Assembly: GCA_951406725.2 (NCBI GenBank)
Contig: OX597815.1
Coordinates: forward strand, 113,584,001-113,648,000
DNA: 64,000 nucleotides
DNA from: Octopus vulgaris
Lineage: Eukaryota
Direction: 5' to 3'
Position 1 is the stretch's first letter; the number at the start of each line of letters is the position of its first letter. This document shows, piece after piece, positions 63,851 to 64,000 of the stretch. Under the pieces are notes generated by a model. It did no database searches. It was not told where the DNA came from and saw only the letters and a program-made list of their open reading frames with translations. The translations under genes were made by a program, and so were the position numbers.

Positions 63851-64000
63851 GTGAGTTAGTAATTTGTTTGTAGTGTGTTGCTAATGTTTATTTGTTGTTT
63901 TTGAAGTACATGCCTGAGTAAAGTGCGAGATAGTCAAGATAGACTGGTGGCAATTGTGAAGTAAGATGAAAATAAGACATAAACTGTGAAGTTTGCAAGT

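Overview
AT-rich, repeat-saturated animal genomic DNA. The SINE, RTE and microsatellite landscape points to a cephalopod, most likely Octopus (inference). The only host gene I recognise is TUSC2/FUS1, whose last two coding exons lie at 859-976 and 1982-2056 on the + strand. The rest is mostly mobile DNA: a young 5'-truncated R4/Dong LINE (51.1-54.4 kb, two frameshifts) stacked with older R4 copies at (TAA)n tracts; many RTE 3' ends; CR1/L2 fragments; a Penelope-like GIY-YIG relic; Tigger, maT (DD37D) and Academ-like transposase relics; hAT and piggyBac-type MITEs with TSDs; Helitron-type elements; several SINE families; and long microsatellites that create most of the ORF track. Two unexplained RNA-structure signals stand out. 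(1) Short, often head-to-head inverted elements carry minimal type-I hammerhead ribozyme motifs, and one family has a tRNA-derived Pol III head (8.3-8.7 kb). (2) RTE 3' UTRs carry variable repeat/spacer arrays whose constant unit can fold as an H-type pseudoknot. An RFX X-box at 38950 and scattered exon-like segments hint at an unrecognised gene. Repeat boundaries are read by eye and approximate; family names come from remembered motifs, not database searches.
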